The notes: generated from the letters alone by a model not told the origin. DNA of 64,000 bases from an uncultured Acidimicrobiia bacterium (GCA_963765075.1 CAVXVA010000008.1:773078-837077), one strand, 5' to 3'. Numbered from the stretch's first letter, positions 20,497-30,442 are shown. Numbers and translations are program-made.

Positions 20497-21974
20497 GTGG
20501 TGGTGGCCTCGACGGTGTAGTCGTCGCGCACCTTCCCGGTAACACTCCACCCACCGGGAACCCGGGTGCGCGTGACGCGAGTGAGATTGGAGCCGGTCAC
20601 CGTGGGCCGGGTCGGCCCCGGATACCAGATCTCGATGAGCCCAGGACGGTCGGCGGTTCCGGCGACGGAGAGGTTCCCGGTGCAGCCGGCCTTCCGGGCG
20701 GTCAACCGGCCGGGGTTCGCACGCGGATACGGCCGCCAGGTGCAGGCCCACTGCGGGACGATGCCGAGGTTCTGGTCGCCCGGGCATCGGTTGCGCTGGA
20801 AGTGGATGAGGACGGCATCGGGCGTGCGTTCGGTGTTGTTGACGCTGTGCGGGTCGCCGCACGCTTGGCGCCATTGCCACCAGGCCTCGCCGGCGGTGAG
20901 GAGCGCATCCGCTTTCACCGAGAAGCGCTCGAGGTTGGCTTGGGTCACGTCCGGGTCGGAGAACCACCCGTACTCGCCGATCCACAACGGGGTGCCGTAG
21001 GCCTCGGCGCGCGACTGGAAGTAGTCGAAGATGCCCTCGGTCGCGTCGCCGTAGTTGTGACCTTCGAAGACCAGATTGGAGTCGGTCGAGAAACCGGGTT
21101 CGACCGCCGCGCCGTAGACGGTGGTCTCGAAGAAGATCATGTGTGAACGGGCACTCCGGCGCCTCTCGGCGCGACGAATCGCGTCGATGGCGCGCGAGTA
21201 GTACGTGGCCAAGCGCGCCGTCGCGTCGGGGAGCGTGCCCGGGTTCGGCTCGTTGAACAGGTCGAATCCGGCGACGGCGGGATTGCCCGCGAACTCGCGT
21301 GCGAGCTTGCCCCACGTCCGCACCAGGGCGGTCTGAATCCCCTCGCGATCCGAGTAGAAGCTGTCGAACGCGGCCCTGACTGCGGGGCTGTCCTCGCGAC
21401 TTCCGCCCCGGCAGGTGTCGGCGCCGTCGGTGATCGTCGCCCACTTGGGCGCCCCGTCCCAGCCGATGGCGGGTTCGCGACCGGCCGGACACACGAGGTC
21501 GGGCGGCGACGCGATGTACTTGCCCCACGCGTCCTGGTGCATGTCGATGAGGCTGTAGATGCCGTGTGCCTGCGCGGCGTCGACAGCCCGGTGGATCCGC
21601 CGGAGGTAGGCACGGTTGAGCGTGCCGCGCGTCGGTTCGAGCCGTGACCACGAGACGAGCAGGCGGACCACATTGAACCCGTGGGATTGCATGCGGGCCC
21701 AGTCCTTCGCCTTCACCGGTACGACAGTTGGGAGTACGTCGTTCGCCTGGTAGTAGTCGCCGAGCGAGTTGACGTTCTGGCCCCGCAACGTCACCTGCCG
21801 ACCGCGATCGTCGACGATCGCGGGTTGGTCGCCGTTGATCGCGCGGAGTGGCAGGAGTTCGACCTTGCCGCGCTCGGCCGGCATCGTCGACGGCGCGGCG
21901 AGCGCAGTTCCGAGCACTATCGACGCGCTCAGGGCGATCACGCTCACCAGAGTTATCCGGGCCGAGCGCTTCAT
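20493..21974 (-). CDS. secreted glycoside hydrolase family 5 (endoglycoceramidase/cellulase-like)
   Basis: Start at MKRSARITLVSVIALSASIVLGTALAAP (signal peptide). Motifs GFNVVRLLVSW, the acid/base FDLFNEPN and the nucleophile region WIGEYGW are present. Confidence 0.8.
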   Translation of the reverse strand: MKRSARITLVSVIALSASIVLGTALAAPSTMPAERGKVELLPLRAINGDQPAIVDDRGRQVTLRGQNVNSLGDYYQANDVLPTVVPVKAKDWARMQSHGFNVVRLLVSWSRLEPTRGTLNRAYLRRIHRAVDAAQAHGIYSLIDMHQDAWGKYIASPPDLVCPAGREPAIGWDGAPKWATITDGADTCRGGSREDSPAVRAAFDSFYSDREGIQTALVRTWGKLAREFAGNPAVAGFDLFNEPNPGTLPDATARLATYYSRAIDAIRRAERRRSARSHMIFFETTVYGAAVEPGFSTDSNLVFEGHNYGDATEGIFDYFQSRAEAYGTPLWIGEYGWFSDPDVTQANLERFSVKADALLTAGEAWWQWRQACGDPHSVNNTERTPDAVLIHFQRNRCPGDQNLGIVPQWACTWRPYPRANPGRLTARKAGCTGNLSVAGTADRPGLIEIWYPGPTRPTVTGSNLTRVTRTRVPGGWSVTGKVRDDYTVEATTT

Positions 21975-23221
21975 CGACGGCCCTCCGGTGGGACGGGCAT
22001 GCGAAACAGGTCGACGGCGTTCTGCCAGCAGATCTTCGCGATCTCCGCGTCGGGAACGCCGTGCAACTGCTCGCGCAAGCGCGGCTGGGTGTCGGGCCAC
22101 GTGGAGTCAGCGTGGGGGTAGTCCGACTCGACCAGGAGGTGATCGACTCCGATCACATCACGGGTGAGGAACCCCGAGGTGTCGTCGATGGCACAGAACC
22201 AGAAGTTTCGCTTCAGGACCTCACTCGGAGACAGGTCGACGTCGCGCCACGTGGGGAGGTAGCCGAGCTGATACTCGAAGCAGTGGTCGAGCCGATCGAT
22301 GAGCCCGGCAACCCAGCCGATGCCGCCTTCGGAGAGCGCGATCTTGAGTTTGGGGTAGCGCACGGGGATCTTCGAGTACAGCCAGTCGACCGCGGCGTAC
22401 ATGCCGTACGCGAAGAACAACACCGCGACGGTCTCGGGTGGCGCGTCGGGAGCGGTCATCGGTGACGTGCCCGACGAACCGACGTGCAGGCACACGACCG
22501 TCTCGGTCTCCTCGCAGGCGGCGAGCATCGGGTCCCAGTACCCGGTATGGAGCGACGGAAGTCCGAGCTTCTCCGGAGCCTCCGAGAACGTCAACGCCTT
22601 GAATCCACGTGCCGCGTTCCGCCGGATCTCGTCGGCTGCGATCACTGGGTCGCGCAACCACGTGATCTGGTTCGGGATGAACCGGTCCGGCGCGGCGCCG
22701 CACCAGGCGTCGAGGTGCCAATCGTTGTACGCGCGCATGGCTGCGAACGCGAGGTCTTCGTCCTCGGGCCAGGTCGTGAGGCGTTGGCCGACGAACCCGG
22801 GCAGGAAGCTGGGGAAGCAGAGCGAGCCCCAGACGCCGTTGATGTCCATGTCGGACAATCGGGCGGTCACGTCCCATGCTCCCCGGCGCATCTCGTCGAA
22901 TCTCGTCGGTTCGAAGCCGTATTCGGCGGTCGGGCGGCCCGCCACCGCGTTGAACCCGACATTGGGGAGGAGCTCGCCGTTCCAGAGCCAGGCTTCGCCA
23001 CCGTCGTCGGTCCCGACGATGCGTGGAGCGACGTCCTGGTACTTGGTGGGGAACCGGTCCGCGAACGTGTCCGGAGGTTCGACGACGTGATCGTCAACCG
23101 AGATGATGGTGGTGAATCGATCACGTGGTTCGGGCTCCGGCAAGAACGTGACCGCGCTCCGGCGGCCTTTGGAACCGCCGAATGCCTCGGATGCCTGCAG
23201 GTCGTCGAGGGACATTCCCAT
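21971..23221 (-). CDS. amidohydrolase-2 family protein
   Basis: Motifs ISVDDHVVEPP, LHVGSSG and VESDYPHADSTWP are present. ATGA overlap with the GH5 start. Confidence 0.75.
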   Translation of the reverse strand: MGMSLDDLQASEAFGGSKGRRSAVTFLPEPEPRDRFTTIISVDDHVVEPPDTFADRFPTKYQDVAPRIVGTDDGGEAWLWNGELLPNVGFNAVAGRPTAEYGFEPTRFDEMRRGAWDVTARLSDMDINGVWGSLCFPSFLPGFVGQRLTTWPEDEDLAFAAMRAYNDWHLDAWCGAAPDRFIPNQITWLRDPVIAADEIRRNAARGFKALTFSEAPEKLGLPSLHTGYWDPMLAACEETETVVCLHVGSSGTSPMTAPDAPPETVAVLFFAYGMYAAVDWLYSKIPVRYPKLKIALSEGGIGWVAGLIDRLDHCFEYQLGYLPTWRDVDLSPSEVLKRNFWFCAIDDTSGFLTRDVIGVDHLLVESDYPHADSTWPDTQPRLREQLHGVPDAEIAKICWQNAVDLFRMPVPPEGRR

Positions 23222-23233
23222 TCGTAGGGCCTC

Positions 23234-23968
23234 TCAGTTCAGTGCGTCAGTGGATGCACGGAGCACTGCGCGGGTCGCGCCTACCCAATAGGCATCGGGG
23301 GCATTGCGGCGGAGTTCGGCCTTGAGTTCGGCCCGCCCTGCTCGTGGGAGTGCCTCGAGCTCGCGGCCCGCGCCGAGCGCAGTGAGGGTGATTCGACACA
23401 TGCGTTCGTAGGTCGCAGCCTTGTAACAGCCCTCTTCGAGGGTCGGTGCGGTCACGATCGCGCCATGGTTCGCCAAGAGGATGGCGCTGGCACTGCCGAT
23501 CCGGGCCGCGAGCGAAGCGCCGGCCGCGGAATCTTCCACGGTGCCGTCATACTCACTCACGGTCACGAGTTCTCCGTCGAAGATGCCCGAGTTCTGATGG
23601 CTGATGACCGGATCGACGCCTATGCACGCGAGCGCGGTCGCGGCGAGTGGATGACCGTGGACGATCACCGCGGCATCGGGGCGAGCGCGATGGAGCATCG
23701 TGTGGAGATGGACTGCCGGTGTGATGTCCCACGGCCCGTCGACGATGGCGCCGGCGCGATCGATGGTCATGATGTCAGAGGCGCGCATCTCCTCCCACCA
23801 CCGACCCCACGGGGTGCACCAGAGGGTGTCGTCGCCGCGATCCCACGTGAGGTGGCCCGACAGGTTCTCTTGCCAACCCTCGGCCGCCAGGACTCGGTGC
23901 GCGATCGCGAATCGTTGACGGTCGGTGAGATCGACGCCGACGTCGGGAAGTGTCCGCGGCCATGACAT
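23234..23968 (-). CDS. class II aldolase/adducin family protein
   Basis: Motifs HLHTMLHRARPDAAVIVHGHP and LLANHGAIV are typical of the family. Confidence 0.8.
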   Translation of the reverse strand: MSWPRTLPDVGVDLTDRQRFAIAHRVLAAEGWQENLSGHLTWDRGDDTLWCTPWGRWWEEMRASDIMTIDRAGAIVDGPWDITPAVHLHTMLHRARPDAAVIVHGHPLAATALACIGVDPVISHQNSGIFDGELVTVSEYDGTVEDSAAGASLAARIGSASAILLANHGAIVTAPTLEEGCYKAATYERMCRITLTALGAGRELEALPRAGRAELKAELRRNAPDAYWVGATRAVLRASTDALN

Positions 23969-23988
23969 CGGCGGAAGTTACCCGACGT

Positions 23989-25359
23989 TCAGACCTCGTT
24001 GACGGCGAGGATGCGCCCGTCGGCGATCGCCACCGTGAACGCGGAATAGTCGGCTTCGTTCTGGTCGGCGTAGGCCGTCGCAAAGTCGGCGCCCGCTTCG
24101 TCGAACTGGGTTCCCTGTCCCAGGTAGCCGGTGATCGTGGCCGCATCCACGGAGCTGGCGTGGGCCCGAGCGAGGACCCAGCCGCAATAGTCGGCGTACA
24201 CCATGAACTCGTCAGGCGTGGCGTTCGCGAGATCGAACGAATACTTCATGTCCCGCAGCTGGCGGACGTAGAAGTCCCGCCCCCGGCCGGAGCGCGCGAA
24301 GCCGAGGAGCATGTCGCTGGCCGACTGCATGATGCGTTGCCCGACGACCACGCGTTCGCCCTGCAGCACCGACTCGCCGAGTTCGGGAGTCTCGCCGGCG
24401 GGGAGGTAGCGGGCGAGCGACGATGGTCCCGCCTCCTTGGCCTGGAGGAACAGCGGCTGGTCGTCGTCGGAGAGGAACAGGGCGATGAAGCATCTCGTGC
24501 CGACACTGCCGACGCCACTGACCTTCATCGCCGCATCGGCGAAGTGGTAGCGATCGAAGATCTGGCGGATCTCCGGTCGGAGTGACATCCGATACCGGTC
24601 GAGGAAGTCGGCCACGAGTACCTGCCAGTCGGGTTCGTCCGAGTGGACGATCACCGGCGGGTTGTCGATGATGCGATAGCCGGATCCATCGTGGGCGGCC
24701 AGCTTGGGAAGGAGCTGGCCCGAGTCCCGCCGGCCGGCCTTCTTGGCGATCGACTGGCGACGGTTCCGCGTCGCACGGTCGGGCGTCATCGCGATGATGT
24801 CCGCCAGGTCACGGCGGTCGTAGCGGATCTGGAGCGGGCTCATGGCCGCGTATTCCCGGAGTCGGTCCCGGTACGAGCGCAGGACACGGGTGACCGCGCT
24901 CCGACGTCGCTTGCGGTCGATCCCGACGTCCCGGCCCGCGATCTCGAAGCTGGTCGCCAGTCGTTTGACGTCCCACTCCCACGGCCCGCGGATGGTCTCG
25001 TCGAAGTCGTTGATGTCGAACACGAGGTTGCGTTCCGGCGTGGCGTACAGCCCGAAGTTCGAGAGGTGGCAATCCCCACAGAGCTGGGCGTCCCACCCGG
25101 TTCGCGGAGTTGCCGCGAGATCACTCGCCATGATCTCGGCCGTACCGCGAAAGAAAGTGAACGCGCTGACGGCCATCCGACCGTGCCGGATCGGCACGAG
25201 CTCGGAGACTCGATCGGTATTGGCGGCTTCGACCAAGGCGACCGGGTCGGTCCGGTCTCCGGGGGCCGACCATTCGGCGTGCGAGGTCCGCGGCACCGCA
25301 GACCGGCGGGCCTTCCCGGCGGCGACGCGCTCGGCCAGCGGTACGACGGGGCGGGTCAT
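23989..25359 (-). CDS. DUF2252 domain-containing protein
   Basis: Start at MTRPVVPLAER (ATG 25357-25359). Motifs FFRGTAEIMASDL, CGDCHLSNFG and DINDFDET are characteristic of DUF2252. Confidence 0.75.
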   Translation of the reverse strand: MTRPVVPLAERVAAGKARRSAVPRTSHAEWSAPGDRTDPVALVEAANTDRVSELVPIRHGRMAVSAFTFFRGTAEIMASDLAATPRTGWDAQLCGDCHLSNFGLYATPERNLVFDINDFDETIRGPWEWDVKRLATSFEIAGRDVGIDRKRRRSAVTRVLRSYRDRLREYAAMSPLQIRYDRRDLADIIAMTPDRATRNRRQSIAKKAGRRDSGQLLPKLAAHDGSGYRIIDNPPVIVHSDEPDWQVLVADFLDRYRMSLRPEIRQIFDRYHFADAAMKVSGVGSVGTRCFIALFLSDDDQPLFLQAKEAGPSSLARYLPAGETPELGESVLQGERVVVGQRIMQSASDMLLGFARSGRGRDFYVRQLRDMKYSFDLANATPDEFMVYADYCGWVLARAHASSVDAATITGYLGQGTQFDEAGADFATAYADQNEADYSAFTVAIADGRILAVNEV

Positions 25360-25378
25360 TCGATCACCGATCTGTTGG

Positions 25379-25867
25379 TCAGCTGGGGTTGTGGATGATC
25401 GTCGGTGTCGGGTGCCAGTCGTACAGCACCTCAGTACGCAGCACCGCGTCATGGAGCGCGGCATTCCGCCGACTGACGAGAATCCAGAGGAGCGACGGGT
25501 AGAAGGAGGCACAGAACACGGCGCGAGTGAAGGCCCGTACCGGACCCAAGGTGACGCCACCGAGTCCGCTCACGCGGAGACCGAGCACGCTCTTGCCGAT
25601 GGTGCGACCGGTGCTGCTCCAGCTACTGCCGAGGTAGAGGACCACGATGGTCCACTGCGCGATGAACGTGAGCCAGACATCTGGTGCGACCACGCTGAAG
25701 TTGCGCCGGGTCATGAGGAATCGGACCACTGCCACGCCGATGAGAATCGTGAAGTAGATGACTTGGACCACCAGGAAGTCGATGGCGTCGGCGGTGACGC
25801 GTGAGACGAATCCGGCGTTCCCGCCTTGGAGCGCCTCGGCCCGCTCGTTGCGGATGGCGCGGCTCAT
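25379..25867 (-). CDS. RDD family membrane protein
   Basis: 162 aa with three hydrophobic segments. GRTIGKSVLGLRV and LHDAVLRTEVLY match the RDD-family pattern. Its ATG overlaps the upstream stop (ATGA). Confidence 0.8.
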   Translation of the reverse strand: MSRAIRNERAEALQGGNAGFVSRVTADAIDFLVVQVIYFTILIGVAVVRFLMTRRNFSVVAPDVWLTFIAQWTIVVLYLGSSWSSTGRTIGKSVLGLRVSGLGGVTLGPVRAFTRAVFCASFYPSLLWILVSRRNAALHDAVLRTEVLYDWHPTPTIIHNPS

Positions 25868-26646
25868 GTCGGGTCACCGGTGGGAGCCGGCGGGGTCGTC
25901 GTCTCTGCGGCGGTATCGACGGGGTTCCGGTCGGTGCGGCCGCGGAGCAGCACCCGATCCGCGACCCGACCGACGAAGGTATCCAGGCGCATCGCGGTGA
26001 GTCGGGCACCGTCGACCGCGTCTCCGCTGATCGAACCGGTCGATTCGCGGACGATGCCACCGATGTCGACGTCGTCGAGCACGTCGGCCACGATCGGTCC
26101 GAGTTCGACTCGACCGAGCAATGCGTCGAGGTCGATCCGGGTCATGAGCCCGTCGACGTCGATGCGTTCGAGGAGGCCGTCGACGTCGATCCGTTCCAGC
26201 AGCGCATCGACGTCGATGCGACGGAGGAGCGCATCCACATCGACTTGTGCGAGCACTGCATCGAGGTCCACCTGCTCGACCACTGCGCCGAGGTCGATCG
26301 CGCCGACGATGTCGGCAAGGGGAACGCGCGCGACGACGGCGCCGAAGTCGACGCGTTCGAGGAGCGCGTCGAAGATCGCCGGCAGGAGTTGGGCGACGAA
26401 ATCGGTGACGACGGTTTGCTGGCGGAGTTGCTCGACATCGCCACGTTCGGACCAGCGGGCAATCGACGCGTCGACGCCGATCAGCGCATCGCGCAGAATC
26501 GGCACCCGCCGCGCCAGGTCCCAACTGCGTTGGGTCAGCTGCTCGATGGCCCCGGCGGCGTCGAGCGCGCGCTGCTCGGCAACGAGGGCAACTCCGGTCG
26601 TCGGCGCGACCGAGCTGACGGACCGCCGACGGGTTCCGACGGTCAC
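25864..26646 (-). CDS. hypothetical decapeptide-repeat protein ([IV]D[VL]D[AG]LLxR units)
   Basis: 260-aa ORF with the core ...VDLDAVLAQVDVDALLRRIDVDALLERIDVDGLLERIDVDGLMTRIDLDALLGRVELGPIVADVLDDVDIGGIV. A protein-like 59-codon segment upstream (MPDLTSHEIRVRTRPYPATPDGITPTARRTADLGLGVLSLSARAFRGAIDQFLPDAAAG, to 26821) lies in another frame. This suggests a possible N-terminal extension interrupted at ~26640-26650. Confidence 0.65.
   Translation of the reverse strand: MTVGTRRRSVSSVAPTTGVALVAEQRALDAAGAIEQLTQRSWDLARRVPILRDALIGVDASIARWSERGDVEQLRQQTVVTDFVAQLLPAIFDALLERVDFGAVVARVPLADIVGAIDLGAVVEQVDLDAVLAQVDVDALLRRIDVDALLERIDVDGLLERIDVDGLMTRIDLDALLGRVELGPIVADVLDDVDIGGIVRESTGSISGDAVDGARLTAMRLDTFVGRVADRVLLRGRTDRNPVDTAAETTTPPAPTGDPT
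26047..26382 (-). repeat. about 11 tandem, degenerate 30-nt units inside the repeat-protein CDS
   Basis: A 30-nt periodicity is visible directly, for example cgtcgacgtcgatgcgttcgaggaggc / cgtcgacgtcgatccgttccagcagcg / catcgacgtcgatgcgacggaggagcg. It corresponds to the 10-aa protein repeat. Confidence 0.75.
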
Positions 26647-26904
26647 CGGCCGCGGCGTCGGGAAGGAACTGATCGATCGCCCCCCGGAAGGCGCGCGCCG
26701 AGAGGCTCAGTACCCCGAGACCGAGGTCGGCGGTACGGCGCGCGGTCGGCGTGATGCCATCGGGGGTTGCCGGGTACGGCCGGGTCCGGACGCGAATTTC
26801 GTGAGAAGTCAGGTCGGGCATCGGGGCGATTCTTGCAGGCCCGGTGCAACTGGCTCGGCGGCACGGCCAACCGGCGCTCAGCCACAGTTCCGCCCGGTTG
26901 ACGG

Positions 26905-27630
26905 ATGGTGGTGTCGTACGCTGCCGAGGTGAGTCGACCGAAGGTCCTGAGCGCCCAGCCGCTGCCGCACCTCGAAGATCGTTACCTGTTGGCCGCCGGC
27001 CTCATCGTTGCTTCGATCATCGCCTACGCATTGATTGGTGACCACGAGGTGGGCGCGCTGGTCGTCGTCGTGGTCCAGTCGGCGACGTTGATGGTGATCT
27101 TGCACGCGTCGCAGGTGTCGTCACGGGCGATGGCGCTGGCCGCCGGATTCGTGGCGGTGGCGATTGTGCTCGCCGGCCTCTCGGTGGTCTTCGATCGTGA
27201 GTCGATCGGTCCCGGTGTGGCCGGCGCGATGCTCGCAGTCGTCGGCCCGCCCGTGATCATCAAGCGACTCCTCGCTCACCAGCGGATCGATCTCGCGACC
27301 GTGGCCGGATCGTTGTGCGTCTATCTGCTGGCCGGGATGTTCTTCGCGTACGTCTATCGGGTCATCGATGTCATCGATACGCCGTTCTTCGTCCAGAAGG
27401 CCGTGGCGAGCCCGGTGGACTTCATCTACTTCAGCTTCGTGACGATGACGACGCTCGGCTACGGCGACCTGACGTCACGGGCCAACCTCGGCCGCATGCT
27501 CTCGGTGTCCGAGGCGCTCTTCGGGCAGCTGTACCTGGTGAGCGTGGTGGCGGTGCTGGTGGCGAACATTGGGCACGAACGGATTCGCGACCAGTTGAAG
27601 GACAACGTCGAATCTGAGGACGAGGGGTGA
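26905..27630 (+). CDS. potassium channel family protein (pore-only, no RCK domain)
   Basis: The selectivity filter TMTTLGYGD lies between two TM helices, with extra N-terminal TM segments. Confidence 0.85.
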   Translation: MVVSYAAEVSRPKVLSAQPLPHLEDRYLLAAGLIVASIIAYALIGDHEVGALVVVVVQSATLMVILHASQVSSRAMALAAGFVAVAIVLAGLSVVFDRESIGPGVAGAMLAVVGPPVIIKRLLAHQRIDLATVAGSLCVYLLAGMFFAYVYRVIDVIDTPFFVQKAVASPVDFIYFSFVTMTTLGYGDLTSRANLGRMLSVSEALFGQLYLVSVVAVLVANIGHERIRDQLKDNVESEDEG

Positions 27631-27697
27631 GCGGGGCCTCGGACCAGGTGGACACCCCCGGAAGCGATGATCCTTCGGACGGTGCCGCCGATCGCGG

Positions 27698-28678
27698 ATG
27701 CGGACGAGCGCTCGTTCAGCCGGCGGCTCCGGCGTCAGCGTGACCCACGTGCAGCAACGGATCGAGTCCACTCGGGTGCGCCTCGAAGACGCGCGGCCGA
27801 GTTCGCGGGTCATCGATACGGTCTTCCGGGCCTTCGAGCGCGATGTGGCAACCGGTGGGGGGGTGCTCTCGGCGGCGGTGGCGTTCCGGATCTTCCTGTT
27901 CCTGGTGCCGTTCGTGTTCTTCGTCGTGGTCGCATTCGGATACGCCTCGGAAGCCGCCGACGGGAGTGCCACCGCCTGGTCGAACACGGTCGGGATCGGC
28001 GGGCTGATCGCCGGAGCAGTGAAGGGTGCCGCAAATCTGAGCGGGGGGCAGCGCCTGACCGCGTTACTCGTCAGCGGCTTCGCGCTCTTCCTCGGGTCGC
28101 GCGCCGCGGTCAAGGTGCTGCGGATCACCCACGGCCTGATCTGGCGGGTGCCGATCCCGAAGCTGCGGAGCCCGATGCGAGCTGCCGGGACCTTCACCGG
28201 GTTGATCTCGCTTGCGCTGCTCGTGAGTGCCGGCGTGGGCTGGTTGCGCTCGCAATCCTTCCTGCTCGGGATCTTCGGCATCATCCTCTGGTTGGCCGTT
28301 CCGTTCGGACTGTGGTTGCTGGTCTCGTTCTGGTTGCCGCGCGCGGAATGTCCGTGGTGGGCGCTACTCCCCGGCGCGGCCGTGTGCGCGATCGGCGCCG
28401 AGCTCCTGCACGTCGCGACGGTGTACTGGTTCGCCTACCAGATTCAGGCGAAGTCCGACACGTACGGCGCCATCGGGGTCTCGCTGTCGCTGCTCCTGTG
28501 GGCCTACTTCCTCGGTCGGATCATCACCGCGTCGGCCGCGGTCAATGCCGCGTTCTGGTACCGCAGCGAGGAGCGTCGCGGCCACGCGGTTCCCGCGGAG
28601 GTGGACATCGAGGCGCGGCTGTCCGAGATGGCAGAAGGCCCCGTGGAGTCGTTCCGCGACGGGGTTCCCGACGAGTAG
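27698..28678 (+). CDS. YihY/BrkB family membrane protein
   Basis: 326 aa with about 6 TM segments. FERDVATGGGVLSAAVAFRIFLFLVP and YGAIGVSLSLLLWAYFLGRII match the YihY pattern. Confidence 0.8.
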   Translation: MRTSARSAGGSGVSVTHVQQRIESTRVRLEDARPSSRVIDTVFRAFERDVATGGGVLSAAVAFRIFLFLVPFVFFVVVAFGYASEAADGSATAWSNTVGIGGLIAGAVKGAANLSGGQRLTALLVSGFALFLGSRAAVKVLRITHGLIWRVPIPKLRSPMRAAGTFTGLISLALLVSAGVGWLRSQSFLLGIFGIILWLAVPFGLWLLVSFWLPRAECPWWALLPGAAVCAIGAELLHVATVYWFAYQIQAKSDTYGAIGVSLSLLLWAYFLGRIITASAAVNAAFWYRSEERRGHAVPAEVDIEARLSEMAEGPVESFRDGVPDE

Positions 28679-28679
28679 C

Positions 28680-30333
28680 TCAGCTGGGCGACGGATTGGC
28701 GTTGCCGCGACCGGCTCGGTCTCGGAGACCGCAGCCGGGGTCGCGGGGAGACCACGGCTGAAGACGAGCGCGATCAGTGCGAGGACGGCGAGGACCGAGA
28801 GCGAGGCGCGGAGCGCGTCGAGACGAGCCTGCGGCGTTCTCGTCGACGACTGCCGCGGTCGTCGGTCTCCGAGACGCCGGCGTCGTCGAGCGCGGCTTCG
28901 AGATCGGCGTCGGAGATGAAGGGCACGCCGCTCGTGAGCTCGGTCTGCGCCTTCGACGTGAGGTCGTCGGGTACCGCCGGGTTGTTCTCGATGCCGGTGA
29001 AGAACGAAGCGGTGAGCGCGGAGATGAGGACCGCGCCCGCCAGCGCGGTGCCGATCGAGATCCCGAGGTTGGACGCGGTGTTCTGGAGCCCGCCGACCTC
29101 GCCGCTCTGCTCGTCGGGCACCGACGAGACGGTGACCGCGCCGAGCTGCGATGCGAGCATGCCGATGCCGAGGCCGGCGAGGAGCATCGGCCAGGTGATG
29201 ATCTCGGGTCCCGCGCCGACGTCGAGCGCGGCGACGAACACCACGAGGCCGAGGAACAGCATGAAGAACCCGACCTGCGCGACCCGACGCGGCGACGCAT
29301 GGGGGAACACCTTCGGGACCCCGACCGCGGCGATCACCAGGGTGATCGACAGCGGGAGGATCCGGAGCCCGGTGTCGATCGCGGAGAGCCCGAGCGCGAT
29401 CGAGAGGAACAGCGGCACCGCGAAGAACAGGCCGGCCTGGAGCAGGTACTGGAAGAAGAACGCGGTGATCCCGCTGCGCAGGAGCGGGACCCGCAGGATC
29501 GCGGGATCGAGCAGCGCCGCCTGCCCGGTGTCGCGGCGGTGCTTCTCCCATGCGAGGAATCCGAACAGCACCGCGCCCCCGCCGAGGATCAGCCAGATCA
29601 CCGGCGACAGGCCCAGCCATGTGGGCGCGTCGGGCTTCGGCTGCACGAACCCCCACGTGCCGGAGCGCAGGATCCCGTAGACGACCAGACCGAGGCCGAG
29701 CGCCGACAGCGCCGGTGCCGACGAGGTCGAGGCGGGCGCCCTCCTCCTTCGGGGTGTCGGCGGTGCGCCGGTTGAGCAAGCAGCACGACGCCGATGATCG
29801 AGCACCTCGCCGACGAAGACGTACCGCCACGACCAGTAGGTGGTGAAGAGACCGCCGATCAGCGGGCCGACCGCGACCGCGATCGCACCGCCCTGCCATC
29901 ACGAGCCCGTACGCCTTCGGCCGCTCGGCCTGGCCGAAGTTCGACGCCACCAGCGCCACGATCGCCGGCATGACGAGCGCGGCGCCCACGCCTTCGAGGA
30001 ACGACCAGCCGAACAGCAACACCGGGAGGTTGGGCGACGATCGCGGTCGTGAGCGATCCGCACCCGTAGATCACGCATCCGATGGTGAACGCTCGCTTGC
30101 GGCCGAGGATCGCGCCCATCTTCCCGCCGGTGATCATGAGCGACGCCATGACCAAGCGTGTACATCGTGATCGCGGTCTGGATGCCGGTGACCGTCGTGC
30201 CGACGTCCTTCGCGACGGTCGCGATCGACACGTTCATCACCGACGAGTCGAGGATCATCACGAACTGCGCCGCGGTCAGCGTGACGAGCACCGCTTTCGC
30301 GGCGCTCTCCATCGTGGGTTTCACTGCGGTCAC
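28680..30333 (-). pseudogene. MFS transporter, DHA2 (EmrB/QacA-like), at least 8 frame changes
   Basis: Consecutive MFS blocks lie in different reverse frames. In order they are: MTAVKPTMESAAKAVLVTLTAAQFVMILDSSVMNVSIATVAKDVGTTVTGIQTAITMYTL (ORF 29899..30333); VMASLMITGGKMGAILGRKRAFTIGCVIYGCGSLTTAI (29859..30155); LLFGWSFLEGVGAALVMPAIVALVASNFGQAERPKAYGLVMAG (28364..30022); GAIAVAVGPLIGGLFTTYWSWRYVFVGEVL; IIGVVLLAQ; LNRRTADTPKEEGARLDLVGT; ALSALGLGLVVYG...DDAGVSE (28774..29805); TTAAVVDENA; QARLDALRASLSVLAVLALIALVFS. The 3' end coordinate is uncertain. Confidence 0.8.
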
Positions 30334-30442
30334 GGGTGTCGACCTCCGGCCGTGGGCCCGTCGTCCGGGCTCGTGAACGAGCGAAGCGGCAGCAGCCCTG
30401 GGGGCTGCTGCCGCTTCGTCGTGGAACAGGTGTCGCTGCGGT

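Noticed and set aside
19042-21651. 869-aa minus-strand ORF spanning the acyl-CoA synthetase and GH5 genes
   Set aside because: Only about 165 codons (the synthetase N-terminal half) are real. The rest is an out-of-frame read-through of GH5 and of the synthetase C-terminal half (Arg/Pro-rich), so it is not a single gene.
26047-26382. 30-nt periodic repeats, considered as a possible CRISPR-like array
   Set aside because: There are no unique spacers. The units are contiguous and degenerate, lie inside a high-GC3 reading frame, and translate to a regular decapeptide repeat.
28364-30022. 552-aa minus-strand ORF across the MFS locus
   Set aside because: Only two short stretches (LLFGWSFLEGVGAALVMP... 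and QARLDALRASLSVLAVLALIALVF) are MFS-like. The remainder is wrong-frame read-through, so it is used only as a fragment source for the pseudogene reconstruction.
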